A program made the position numbers and the translations under genes. The notes beneath the pieces were generated by a model. The model did not search any database, had not been told where the DNA came from, and saw only the letters and a list, made by a program, of their open reading frames with translations. DNA of 63,360 nt, the filler included. It is 20 parts of 20 records of this genome, joined end to end, with 100 filler letters (N's around TTAATTAATTAA, not from the genome) between each part and the next. Parts side by side here need not be neighbours in the genome. Positions count along the whole stretch, not along the records: positions 10,777 to 14,965 come from SRR36015645_72271; positions 15,066 to 18,092 come from SRR36015645_72627; positions 18,193 to 20,722 come from SRR36015645_72651; positions 20,823 to 23,052 come from SRR36015645_72869; 16 more parts are not named here. One strand, 5' to 3'. Shown piece by piece: positions 10,777 to 23,152 of the stretch. Numbering within the stretch: the stretch's first letter is position 1; every line of letters begins with the position of its first letter.

Positions 10777-13700
10777 GATCTGTACGTTCAGTTACTTGTT
10801 GATTCGGACGCAAATTATGACACTGCAAGTGAGGATGCGTACATCCAGCAGGAGGTCGATCGACTTAAAGCTGCGAAAGAACTGTGGTTAAGCAACTCGA
10901 AATCCAGACTGCGTCGGGTTTGTAGTCAGAAGGAGGTTGCTTATAACAGCGTAGCGAACCGATTGACGGCCGCACTTGCGTCGGAAGATAAATCACGGAA
11001 CGGCTTGGTTGAATCTGTGTTACACATGCTAGATGACTTTCAGTTATGCAAAGATGCATTGGACACAGCGTTCGCTGACCTTATGGAAAGGTTAGAGGGT
11101 GACGAGTTAATGACTGAATTTGGTAAAACTCAACTCCTCAGCGACAATTATTATGCTGCTAAATCTAATGCCAATGAGATGATAGCAGCGTGCCGTAATC
11201 TGTCGCCTGAGCAGCCGATTCTGCCACTTCCGCTAAATCCACCTCCGCCTCCACATGGCAACTCGGGCCAAGTGAGGATGGAGCGTATAAGGCCTCCTGT
11301 ATTTGACGGTACTCATCGTAATTATTTGGAATGGAAGCGACGATTTCAAGCGCTGGTGATACCGGGGAGGAATCCAACGGAAGTTTGCCAACTAATTTGG
11401 GACGTTATTCCACAGAAACATCGTCACTTGTTGAATAACCTAGCTTTAGATGACATAACTGGCATGTTTGGTGTGCTAGATAAGCAGTTTGGTAACCCAG
11501 CGTTCACTGTTAGTACGATCGTAGACGATATTGAGTCGTTAACTACTCCACGTGACGGTAAAGGGATTATTCGTTTTGTGGAAACTGTTGAACGCGCTGT
11601 GGTTGACTTGGAGGGACAAAATTCGGTGGCCGAAATTAAAAATACCACTGTGTGTCGACGATTAGAAAGGAAACTCCCAGATACGTATTATGAGGAGTGG
11701 GTAAAGTCGGTAGCTGAATTGGACACTTTGGCGGGTGCTGAACGATTTGAAAATCTTTTTGCCTTCTTGCTACTAATGAAAAGGCGAGAAGAATATAAGT
11801 CTAAGGATCCAGCCAAAACCACTGCTCCAACTTATAAGACTGCTTCAACAAAGTTGAATGAAGCAGAAGGGGTAGACAGGGGGCAACCGCAACAAAGGTC
11901 TTGGTCAAAATATTGTAAAATCTGTAACCAAGAGCCGGAACATGCACCGTGGCGATGCAAGATGTTCCAAAATATGAATGTCGGTCGGCGATGGGTCATT
12001 GTTCGCACTAAGCGTTTGTGTATTCTATGCTTAGGTAGTGGTCATTTAGCAACTAACTGTCCTGCGACAGGTAGAGCTAAGGTGTGCAAAGAATGTGAAA
12101 GACCACATAATGTTATGTTGCATGGGGGTAGTGACACAAACAAATATGTAAACTCAAAAGCCAAGAAAAATGACCCGTCTGCAACGGGTAGCGAAGGTGA
12201 TAGCCCCCCTAAACCTATGCCATATACAGCTACAACGCAAATTTGTAACTCTACCTTATCGTCAATTGCTAGCCGAGAACTTCCCTGTATTATGATGATG
12301 CAGTTTGTAAAAATGCATGATGGTAGTGAAGAAGGTGTTGTCTTTGATCAGTGCAGCGATACGTCCTACATTACGTTTGCATTAGCAGAAAGACTGAACC
12401 TACGTGGAGAACAATGCACTCTCAGCATTAATGGAATTGCCGGCTTAAAGATGAAGATTGACACTCGAAGGTACAAGGTGAAACTGCGAACCGTGAGTGG
12501 GAAGCTCAAGGAGTATATAATGTATGGCCTGCAAGAAGTGGCAAGAGTCACCCGGCAAGTTGATCCGGAAGTCCTACAAGAGCTCTTTCCAGATTGTACA
12601 AAGGAGGATCTCCGGAGGCCCGAAACTATCAGTATGATGATTTCCTTGCAGAATTCAACAAGCATCCCAGGTCCAGTTGAGCATGTAGGCGAACTCACAC
12701 TGTACCACGGCATTCATGGATTTGTTGTTGGAGGCTCACACGAACGGCTAAATGAAGGAATATCATACATTGTGGAATCTACCAACACTCATTTGGCCTT
12801 CACTGCTCTTACTAGTGTGTATCATGAAAATTCACACTCATTCCACACAACCCAAACATCAAGTAAGGATGTCCAATCATTGGTGAAACACTTCTGTTAT
12901 GACCAAATAGGCGCTGCATGTACACCAGCATGTGGTGGGTGCAGTTGTGGGGCATGCCAAACCGGTGGCAAACTGATGTCGTTAAAAGATGAGCATGAAT
13001 TAGCTCAAATTGAAAGTGGACTCTATTATCGACCTGATGGGGACAATCATACATCTAAGCCGCATTGGGATTGCAAGTATCCTTATGTTATGAATCCAGA
13101 ATTGCTTCCAAACAACTTGGCCGCTGTGAAGGCAGTCTTTTTCTCCACTGAGCGTCGGCTGGAGAAGAATCCTCAATGGAAACAAATTTATAAGGAACAA
13201 GTGCATGAGATGGTGCGACGAGGTGCTGCCAGAAAATTGACAACGGAGGAACTAAACACGTGGAAGGGTCCGACTTGGTACGTGGCACACCAAATAGCAC
13301 CGAACCCTAACAGCAAGACTACTCCAGCCAGGCTGGTATGGAATAGTAGCCAAGTCTACAAGGGGGTGTCCCTGAATTCGGTATTAGTGAAGGGACCTGA
13401 TGTGCTCAATCCCTTACCTACTGTTCTGTTGCGCTTCCGGGAAGGTGTGTATGGGACCATTGGAGACATCTTGAAGATGTTTAACGCTGTCTTCCTAGTA
13501 GAAGAAGAGGTTCACATGCGGCGATTTCTTTGGCGTGATGAGCCTACTGATGATTTAGAGACATATGCGATCCTTCGTGTGAACATTGGTGACAAGCCTG
13601 CACCATCAATTGCAATGACATGCCTAAGGAAGACGTCTGAATTACCACAATTTGCTTGTTATGAAAAGTCTGTGGAGTCAATCCAGCAAAGCATGTATGT

Positions 13701-14965
13701 TGATGATCTGTTGGACAGCAGGGATCAAAAGGAAGAAATCTGTGCATTGCAAAAAGAAGTCACAGAAATTCTACAAAGTGGTGGGTTTTCGGTAAAGCAT
13801 TGGTTAAACTCAGGAGAACCAGTTGCTTCAAAGCCTGCAGCCATAAAATTGTTGAATGCAGTTGGCGATGACGAATGTAGAGCATTGGGCCTCGGATATG
13901 ACACAGAAGCTGACGAGCTCTATGTACGCTCCATGGTCAACTTCAGTAGCAAATCCAACAAGTTGAAGCAAGGTTGCAACTTGAACTCTAGTGACATCGT
14001 GGAACTGACTCCTAATCCTTTGACAAAGCGGATGATCTTGAGCCAAATTGCTGGTGTTTTTGACCCAATTGGATTCTCTTGTCCAGTAAAGATGACTGCG
14101 GCAATCCTTTTTCGGGAAACTTGGCAATTGTGCAGAACACCTGATGGTAAGCCAACATGCTGGGATAGCGGAATTCCAGATAAACTACGGAACAAATGGC
14201 TATATGTGCTGGAAAGCCTTCTCAAGTTGAATGACATAAGATTTCCACGCAGTTTGAAGCCTATGGACTGTCTAACTGAGCCAATGTTGATCACATTCTC
14301 GGATGGGTCGGACAAAGCATTCGGTGCTGTTGCATATGTCCGTTGGAAGGTTGGTACGGAAAACAAGTATGTTGTCAAGTTTGTGGAAGCTAAAGGCAAA
14401 CTGGCACCTCTTGCTACAAAGGGAGATGTTGTGAAATCAGAAATATGTGGTGCAGTCTTTGCAGTCCGCATGCGACTATTCATCATGAAGTACACTAAAC
14501 TGCCATATACGCGATTTTATCACTTCGTTGACTCCATGACAGTGCTTGGTGCTGTAAAGAAAGAGAGCTATGGGTACCAAACATTCTTCGCCAACCGGGT
14601 GGGCGAAATCCAAAGTTCTTCGACGGCGGATCAATGGGCTTGGGTACCGTCAAAGGAAAACCCTTCTGATTTGATTACACGTGGTGCATGTCCAGAAGAT
14701 ATTGCAGCACAATCCTTTTTCCATTCAGGACCAGCCTGGTTACAAGAAGAAGAGGATACATGGCCAGTGAAGAAATCTGTAACAAATGAGGGCCAGCTAG
14801 CTACGTTGTCAATGCAACGAAAAGCAATGACGAACATTGTTACTCGGAGCCAAGCAAAACGAGCCACACAGGATCAAAATGAGACAGATGAAGATGTCGA
14901 TGATGACAGCTGCCCGCCAGAAGGCATGGTGGGAGGTGGTGAATCTGAGCAAAATGATGCTGAGA
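10777..14965 (+). mobile_element. BEL/Pao LTR retrotransposon polyprotein (gag, protease, RT, RNase H), partial at both ends
   Basis: Frame is open from the fragment start. Motifs: PPVFDG...Y.EW...F, three Cys/His knuckles, CTPACGGCSCGAC, SLN..L.KGP, GDI.KMF, YVDD, FDPIG, FSDGS..AFG and NPSD..TRG. Confidence 0.92.
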
Positions 14966-15580
14966 NNNNNNNNNNNNNNNNNNNNNNNNNNNNNNNNNNN
15001 NNNNNNNNNTTAATTAATTAANNNNNNNNNNNNNNNNNNNNNNNNNNNNNNNNNNNNNNNNNNNNGTCGAGCTAATCTGTGCAGCCGAGGATAGAGGGTG
15101 ATGGAAGTCCATGATCGCCCTCGTCCTGCAAGGATACGGTACCTATAGACAGATACATGTATACATGTATAGTTGAATTTTCGTATAGATTATTTTAAAA
15201 ACACGCTGAATCGTTTCCATCAAGACTTCGGGGTGTTGTCAGTAATCGCCGACTAATGTCCAGATGGCGTGTGCACTTTTTTCATGGAACTTCCAATAAT
15301 TACAATTAACGACGGCGGGTGCAGTGATATGCAATGTGTGTACATAAATAATAGGTGGTGCCAAAGTGCCAGTATGTAACAACGGCGGCATTCCTTTGCA
15401 ATCATGCTACAATACTTTTGGTTCGCGGTACAGGCCTATTACATGTACATGTATATCGATCATTCGGCATGACACAAGTATTTCTAGACATGGACTATGA
15501 CTTTTCCCATTGTCCGACAGGCGGTTGCAATGCACTTTATGCACTATCAGACGTGTACCCCTATCTGTAGCATACTGTAG

Positions 15581-16021
15581 TAGGGTTAGATATATTACGA
15601 GATTCGGTTATCCGAGACCGAGACGAGACTGAGACCAGTCACAGCTGATACCAAGACGGTACCGAGACCTTGCCTGTTGAGACTGAAAACCAGACCATGC
15701 CATATGACACAGAAAATATATTTGTGCAACCGACCGACTGAGACCCTGCAAGCCAATACCACTTTCCAAATGTCGCTGTATTTGACCCTCGAAATTTTTC
15801 ACACTACATCAAGCAGCCTCACTAAATTATTACTAACATGATGAAATAGTTTTATGCCTGTAATCAGCTTCAGACACGCTTTAAACTATATTCATTTTAA
15901 CACCACAAGACCAATCTCTGGAAAACGAGACTTTAGATTTCAAGATCAAGACCTGGCCGAGACCCTATCGGCCTAACCATCTGGTCTGGAGATCGAGTCC
16001 TGTTCTCGAGGCCAACAGCCC
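15581..16021. repeat. Degenerate MITE-like region with clustered GAGACC/CGAGAC motifs
   Basis: ccgagaccgagacgagactgagacc near 15612, with further copies up to about 15965 and reverse-oriented motifs near 15985-16010. This resembles subterminal repeats of non-autonomous DNA transposons. No clean TIR or TSD is visible. Confidence 0.35.
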
Positions 16022-16206
16022 ATTTACTGCGTTACGTACGAAATAGGCCTAGGCCTATTAGTCCCGGTGACCAGTACCAAATCAGCTGTTCTAAACACAG
16101 TTTCATCCGAACGACACAGGATGCAGAAGTTCGAATATTTCTGTTATTGTTCACTCTTTATTAGAGTGTGGAATAGCCTATTGCTTTTATAGTGAAGGTT
16201 TCTTAC

Positions 16207-16681
16207 TTTTTGTACCACCCTGACCCAAGTCATGGCTGGTATCCGAGTTGGCATCGTTGTTTGTGATCGGATGACTGCGAATTTTGCTTGACATCGTTGT
16301 TGTTATGTTCCACGTATGATTCGAACCTGTCTCGTCCAACCGTTGAGTCGTCAATGACAAACTGGCAAGTGCTAAAACAAGAATAGCAGGACAGTAAGTA
16401 GTAGGCCTATATATGATTATGTGCAGAGGTACGTACCAGTTACATCTTTGGTTTATTCACTTCAATCATCAGTTTACAGTAGACTAAGGATTGAAGAGGT
16501 ATTTCAAATTTACAAAATCTTATCGTAATAGATTAACAAAAACAAACCATAAAATGCATAGCTACAACGTAATATGCGAGGGCCTGGAAGACAAAACAAG
16601 CCCGTTTGCTACAGGGTTAGAATGCCACCTCAGATTTACAGATGCCAAAAAATTGTGCTTACCGGCGGGTGTCCCACGCAT
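16207..16681 (-). CDS. Putative first two coding exons of a host gene (16681-16663 and 16371-16207)
   Basis: gccgtcATG-MRGTPA-g|GTAAGC donor. A ttcttgttttAG acceptor opens a 165-bp open phase 1-1 exon that ends at |GTAAGA. Phases are compatible. Confidence 0.35.
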
Positions 16682-18410
16682 GACGGCAATGACTTCCTTC
16701 CAAGGCACACAAACAGGGAATTTAAGCACTGCGGCCTATACTAGCTTCGCGTAAGGAAATTCTTCAGTGGGGTTTGCTATGAACGAAAGCCTCTTCCACA
16801 AGCCTTTACTATACATAAACTAGATTGTAAAAAATTTACTAAAATATCATTTTACATCAATAAACTACTACTACCCCTGAATACAAAACTTTCAGCATTT
16901 GGATGCTCCAGTGTTAGCTATGGACAATATTTTACCGCGTGATTTTGGTTTCACATGCACGGATCAACTGTAGAACTGGATCGCGCTATTCTTACCTGAT
17001 GCACGTGAAGCCATTATTATAGTTTTCGATCATAAAATCGAAAATGAACAGACAAAATTTCCTTCAGCTATTATATAACAATCTTGTTTTCTGCTGAAGT
17101 GTCATATAACACAACACTGCAAGTAGGAAGTATGTTGAGTTGATAGCTTAACAACTTTAACTAATTTGTAGTAGGCCTAATCGGCAGTGCTGTGAGCTCC
17201 AGTAAAAAGTTCAACTTTTGAACAGTAGGCCCTACACGTAACCTTCTAATTCCATAAGCATCCTAGATTAGCCTACGTATAGTAAGAGATAATTTATTAT
17301 CTCAAAACTCTCCACCATCCATCAACTGGTACAATCCCAAAAATCTAAATCATTCAACATCATCGCTCTTCTTTTGAACGTTAACTAAAGTTATGTTGTT
17401 ACGCCTACATGTTTACAGTAAAGCATGATTGCCAGACATCATACTCTCGAACTGAAACTGCAGTTGGAGTTGACTCTCTGTAAAACGCGCAGTTTGACTG
17501 GAGTCGGAGTTACCTATATAATATTTAACCTTTAAAGATTGTGTATCCAAAGTTAAAGTGGACATTTGGCATAGGCCTATACAAAATTCTGTTCGTTTTA
17601 ATTGTTCAGTCGTAAGGTTGGTATGTTGCGTAGGTTCAAAGAATGTAGGGCCTAATATGACTAAATATCCGACAGCGGGGAAGGCCGAGATTGCATACAT
17701 GTAGTAAAATGAATTTATGACAACCCTGAATGATTATGAAGTGCCGTTTTTATTTTATCCTGCATAGGGATCAGAGAACTTTTTAGCAGACTTAAGATGA
17801 TCAAGTTGTAATATCAAACTCAGCTCAGCTCTACATGTACACGTACCTGTATTGTATCGTATCAGCCTAACAGCAGGCCTATATGCAATGGTGTTGTTTA
17901 ACTATATTTTCTGCAAAGGATCACTGAGGATAAACGCTGACAAGTGAAATCCTAAATGTACATGTAGACAGCAAACAGAATTAACCGAGAGTAAGGAAAA
18001 ACTATGGCAGGATGTTTGGCTGCTTAGTGTTTATTATACGATCGAAAAATTGTTAGGGTGCATATTATAAACATATTTATTTATCGACGATANNNNNNNN
18101 NNNNNNNNNNNNNNNNNNNNNNNNNNNNNNNNNNNNTTAATTAATTAANNNNNNNNNNNNNNNNNNNNNNNNNNNNNNNNNNNNNNNNNNNNCAAAAACA
18201 GTAAGGGTCATGTCAAAATTTCTTCCAAAGTGATGCTCTTTTGTTTAAGGGAAAACACCTAGAGCCATCTGGAGGTCGCTCGCTGAACTATTCCAGTGCA
18301 CAACCCGGCGTTCACTGACTTTGGTCTTATATGTGTCTGCTGACCTGAATTTTGCATAACACTATCCAGCTTGCACTCGATTGTAAACAGTGAGACAGTG
18401 AGTCCAAATT

Positions 18411-19406
18411 ATGCAAAATACCTGCAGTAACTCTGAAACTGATAGTAAGGATAAACTGATAGTAACTGATAGTAAGGATACGAAAGTAAACAGTGAAGTA
18501 GGTCTAGATTGCACTCCAGACACATCAAAGCGTGGGCGGGATCTTTTGTCGAGCGATTCTGACACATCGCCTACTGGTACAGCTAATCAGCCACAATCTA
18601 AGTTAAGCAAAATGATGTTTTCCGGCGACGGTGACGAGACCGACGCACACTTGGAAGCCGTTATCCAGCGTGTGATGTGTGGGCCTGTAGTTAAGGCAGC
18701 CATCACAGCAGCCGTTAGGGAATCCCTTGTCGCAGATATGCAAGCAGAAATCGAGGTGCGCGTCAAGGAAGCTACTGACGCCTGTATAAGCCAGTTTGAC
18801 GGAAAACTGGACGCCCTAGCGACGGAAAATAGTGAGCTAAAGGCCATCGTTAACTCACTAAGCGATACGGTCGAAAAGCAAGCCATACAAATGGACGATC
18901 TGGAGCAGTATGGCCGTCGAAACGCCGTGCGTTTCTGGGGAATCCCAGAAAACAGAGGGGAAAACACAGACGACCTTGTACTCCGAGTATGTCAGCAAGC
19001 CAAGGTCAACATCACGAAAGCTGACATATCGAGATCGCACAGGGTGGGACGTCCGACTACATCCACTACACAGAAGCCAAGGGGAATAATATGTAAATTT
19101 ACGTCATACCGCGCCAGACGGGAAATGTTCTCCTCTCGCAAGAGTTTCAAGCAGAACCCGGATCTGAAGAACGTCTTCGTATCCGAGGATCTTACGAGAA
19201 GGAGAAACAGGCTGTTTAAATGTGCCCGAAAGCTGCTCGCTGAAAACAAAATCCTCGGATGTTGGACGTCTGATTGTACTGTCCTGGCGAAAGACGTCAA
19301 AGGCGAAATTCACCAAGTGCATTCAGACGACAAACTGAACTTTCTAGAAGCCATGCACATCTTAGTGCATGATGAGAAAAAAGAGAAGCGAAGAATGAAT
19401 AAATAG
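18411..19406 (+). CDS. LINE ORF1p-like protein (coiled coil + RRM + CTD; CR1/L2/L1TD1-like)
   Basis: DDLEQYGRRNAVRFWGIPE..ENTD, DISRSHRVG, IICKF, VFVSEDLT and CWTSD. Clear paralogue of 21314-22273. Confidence 0.8.
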   Translation: MQNTCSNSETDSKDKLIVTDSKDTKVNSEVGLDCTPDTSKRGRDLLSSDSDTSPTGTANQPQSKLSKMMFSGDGDETDAHLEAVIQRVMCGPVVKAAITAAVRESLVADMQAEIEVRVKEATDACISQFDGKLDALATENSELKAIVNSLSDTVEKQAIQMDDLEQYGRRNAVRFWGIPENRGENTDDLVLRVCQQAKVNITKADISRSHRVGRPTTSTTQKPRGIICKFTSYRARREMFSSRKSFKQNPDLKNVFVSEDLTRRRNRLFKCARKLLAENKILGCWTSDCTVLAKDVKGEIHQVHSDDKLNFLEAMHILVHDEKKEKRRMNK

Positions 19407-19520
19407 TTGAAAAATTGTAATTACTAGAAATACCTGCCCATCTAGCAGACAGACTTTTTGAAAGCCAAAATAGGTTTTTCTTCACACGTGACCTTTTCTT
19501 ACAAGTACCAGTTCAAAGAA

Positions 19521-19960
19521 TTTTTCTTACGTGCCCTAACACATTGGGTAATTGTATAACTATATATAAATATTGCGGAAACTTCCTTTTCAGGTTAATT
19601 GTGTATAATTATACATTCATTTTTCTGCAAATTGTGGGCAACGTATGCATTGAGCAAACATATTGCAGGCCTATGCCCTATAGGTCTAAGGTAAATTTCC
19701 CAAACGTTGGTATATGCATTTCCTGACAACATTAAAATGTAATTTTTCTTGTGTGCACTTACACATTGGGTAATTGTATAGCTATATAAATATTGCCGAA
19801 GCTCCCATTTTTCAGGTTATATTGTGTATAGTAACTGTTATAAATTATTTTTTCTGCAAATATTAGGCACCATTAAAACGTATGTACTGAACAAAAATAT
19901 TGGAGGCCTTTAGGCCTAATGAAATTTTCCCAAACGTTGGTATATATATGCATTTCTTAT
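19521..19960 (+). repeat. Diverged tandem duplication, about 220-bp unit; a separate repeat pair of about 70 bp lies at about 19975 and 20303
   Basis: acacattgggtaattgtata...ttttctgcaaat...tttcccaaacgttggtatat occurs twice. tataggctata...aatgtcggaaaattt...ctgatgata occurs twice. Confidence 0.8.
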
Positions 19961-21313
19961 ATAGTATCTAATTTATAGGCTATAGCTAAAAAATGTCGGA
20001 AAATTTCTGATGATACGGTTTAAGATCAGTGTCTGTGCATGAGGGAAAAATAAGGCCGTAAAAACGTTTTTGTCATTGCGTGTTATAGCCTATAGCTTAA
20101 TGATTGCATGCGTATTTTGCATTTGATTAGTACACCATGTATATGAGCTTTTCTCAAGGCTGAAAGTAAAAAACTCGACCACCTGAAATGTACTAGACCC
20201 TCATTTGCATGGCAAACGATGTATACAACTGCAGCAAACCACAGTAGCTTTTCAGTTCTATTTATGAATCAATACTAGGCCTACGTTATATCAAATATAT
20301 ATATAGGCTATATCTAAACAATGTCGGAAAATTTTCTGATGATATACGGGTTAAGCTCAGTGTCCATGCATGATGAAAGATCTATCACATGTCAATACCA
20401 TACAGTTTTGCACGTTAACACTATTATTGTGTTGCAGAAAAATATGGTTTTTCTTCCAAACTGCATGTAGATTTGAGCATAATACTATGGAAACTTTGTC
20501 GGCAATGTTTTTAGTTTTCTGTCTGGCAAGGATATATATTTTTTGGTGCATAAGTGCCCCTTAGTTCGACTATTATTAAAGATGATATTATTTGTTTTAA
20601 ATAACATATTTTTAACTAGTGGCTAATCAGGTATTTAGCAAAGACAAGCTGTCTAAATTTTGGAATTAAAGTGCAGTTATCTGAAGTACTGATGTAACTA
20701 TCTGTCTAGCAATATATACACTNNNNNNNNNNNNNNNNNNNNNNNNNNNNNNNNNNNNNNNNNNNNTTAATTAATTAANNNNNNNNNNNNNNNNNNNNNN
20801 NNNNNNNNNNNNNNNNNNNNNNAAAAATGCAGATGTAGATAAGTCCACGCCTTTCTATGAAGCAGTCTAACTATTTGCATATTGGCCAAAGGCCTATTGG
20901 ATAAAACATGCATATTACTATTAGGGTGGAGTGAAAAAAAAGCTTCTCCACTCCACCCCAACGCATAATTATGTACTTTATAGGCCGCTATATGTACATT
21001 TACTTGATTGAATGCACAAAACACGATTTAGGCCAATTTATGAGGACTACATATTTTGTTAACAAATACCAAGGCAAAAAGTAATCATTAATACCCAAGA
21101 TGAAGCACCAATTTGGATTGGGACTTTACGTCACCATGCAGCTATCATGAACTAATGAGAAAAAATCAAGTAAATGTAGCTTCATTAAAAATATCGAGTC
21201 CTCCCTAGTGTTAATTCAGTACGTGTATAAAGAATAGTGCTATAGGTAGAGTCCATTGAAAACTATTTTAACACAACAATTAACGGATGCCGCACTCTTC
21301 AATTGTTGAAGGC

Positions 21314-22273
21314 CTACGCCTGAGGCTTGTGTCTGGCTAATTCTTCCAAAGTTTTAATCTGGCTAATCTTTCCACCACTGTCTTTTACTAGGACCCTTCC
21401 GTCAGAAGTCCAGGTACCCTGGATAGCATTTTCCCTGGCCAGTTTTCTGCACTCGAAAAACAGTGTGCTTCGTTTCTTCGTTAAATCCTCAGAAATGAAC
21501 ACATTCTTCCTGAGCGGGATTTTTCTCAACTCAGATCGAGTCTGGTGCAGCTGACGGCGCTTATTATATGTTGAGAACTTACATATAATAGCCCTGGGTT
21601 TTGTAGGATTCGGCATCGGTTTTCCTACTCTGTGAGACCGCGAGATGTCACCGGGCGAGATATCGATTTTCAGATCTCTGCAGAGCTGAGATATATGGGC
21701 ATCCGTATTTTCGTTTGGGGATTCCGGGATGCCCCAAACGCGCACCGCATTCCTACGGCCGTACTGTTCAATTTCGTCATTGAACAGGTCTTGGGTACGG
21801 AGTTTCACCTCGCATTCCTTTAACGACTGCTGCAGCTCATTGTTCTTACGGCCCAGTTCTACTAACTCCTCCTTATATGCACAGATAATGGAATCGCACC
21901 TCTCTGTGACATTTTTTTCTATTTCTGCGCATTTCTCGCCTACTCGCACCTCAACCAGGGCCTCGATATCAGCAGCAATCAAACGTTTCACCTCAACAGC
22001 AACTGCGATAGAAAGCTGCTTAGCAAGTATGGCGGCGACACTCGGGTCGAGAAGAGCCTGCTTAATGTCATCGATGGGCGTGACAGTTCGCACAATTTTT
22101 AACTTTGGCAAAACGTTTGGTGATCCATCCGAACTGGCCGGTGAAAGTTCCTCAAATTTTCGCTTATCACTGTCCTGTTCATCCACCACTGTGGCCATGG
22201 AGTCGTCCAAACCGGACGTTACCGAGTCGTCCAAACCGGAACCGTCACCTACATTCTTATCGTCTGATGACAT
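21314..22273 (-). CDS. LINE ORF1p-like protein (coiled coil + RRM + CTD)
   Basis: DEIEQYGRRNAVRVWGIPE..ENTD, DISRSHRVG, IICKF, VFISEDLT and WTSDGRV. Has an N-terminal 21-bp tandem duplication (SGLDDS x2). Confidence 0.8.
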   Translation of the reverse strand: MSSDDKNVGDGSGLDDSVTSGLDDSMATVVDEQDSDKRKFEELSPASSDGSPNVLPKLKIVRTVTPIDDIKQALLDPSVAAILAKQLSIAVAVEVKRLIAADIEALVEVRVGEKCAEIEKNVTERCDSIICAYKEELVELGRKNNELQQSLKECEVKLRTQDLFNDEIEQYGRRNAVRVWGIPESPNENTDAHISQLCRDLKIDISPGDISRSHRVGKPMPNPTKPRAIICKFSTYNKRRQLHQTRSELRKIPLRKNVFISEDLTKKRSTLFFECRKLARENAIQGTWTSDGRVLVKDSGGKISQIKTLEELARHKPQA

Positions 22274-23152
22274 AATGGCAGTAAGTTACCTTCAATGTGG
22301 GCGACAAAATTTGTAACTTATAGTCATAGAGTGCGTCAGTCACATTAAATTATTACCAGTGGATTAATCGTCGAAGTTAGCTGCGCATCATGCAAGTTCA
22401 CCCTATACCAGTACGACATTTAACTTCACTGAGACTTTCTATTGATCAATGATCTCTACTACACCGGGGAACAGTCACAAATCAACGATCACCAATCGCC
22501 TTACTAGCAATTGCATCCTACTGCAGTCTTTCGCTCCGCTATTTGACACCGTTAAACATACTGACGTATCCCCTCGAACTGTATTGTGGGGTTAATTGTC
22601 TAGAATATGCACAGGTAGATTTGTACATCAGTAGAACGTAGTAGACCGGTGTGCTTTACTCCAGCAGCGGCTACATTCTCACTGAACCTGTTCAACACTA
22701 TTCAACGCCGAACCGGGGAATGTATGTAAACTTTCAGTTTTTTCGGCCTTTTTCAGGCTTGTTTGCTGATATTTGGGGATGGTCCCTCTTGAAAATTTTG
22801 ACGCGTAGCGTGCCCTAATTCGCCAAATATGGAGAAAATTGGCGCAACAACTAAGTCCGTACAGCAGAGAAAATCAGCAAAAACGCATCAAATCCACCAT
22901 TTTCAGGCCGAAAGACAAATCTGTGTGTAATCAGAGTACATTGTCCATACGATGTGAGTGTTCACAGACCAACCTGCAGCGGTTTAATCCAAATAATGTC
23001 CACTGAACAGGAAAGTTTCAAACTTTTAACAGATATTTTACGGAGCATCAAANNNNNNNNNNNNNNNNNNNNNNNNNNNNNNNNNNNNNNNNNNNNTTAA
23101 TTAATTAANNNNNNNNNNNNNNNNNNNNNNNNNNNNNNNNNNNNNNNNNNNN

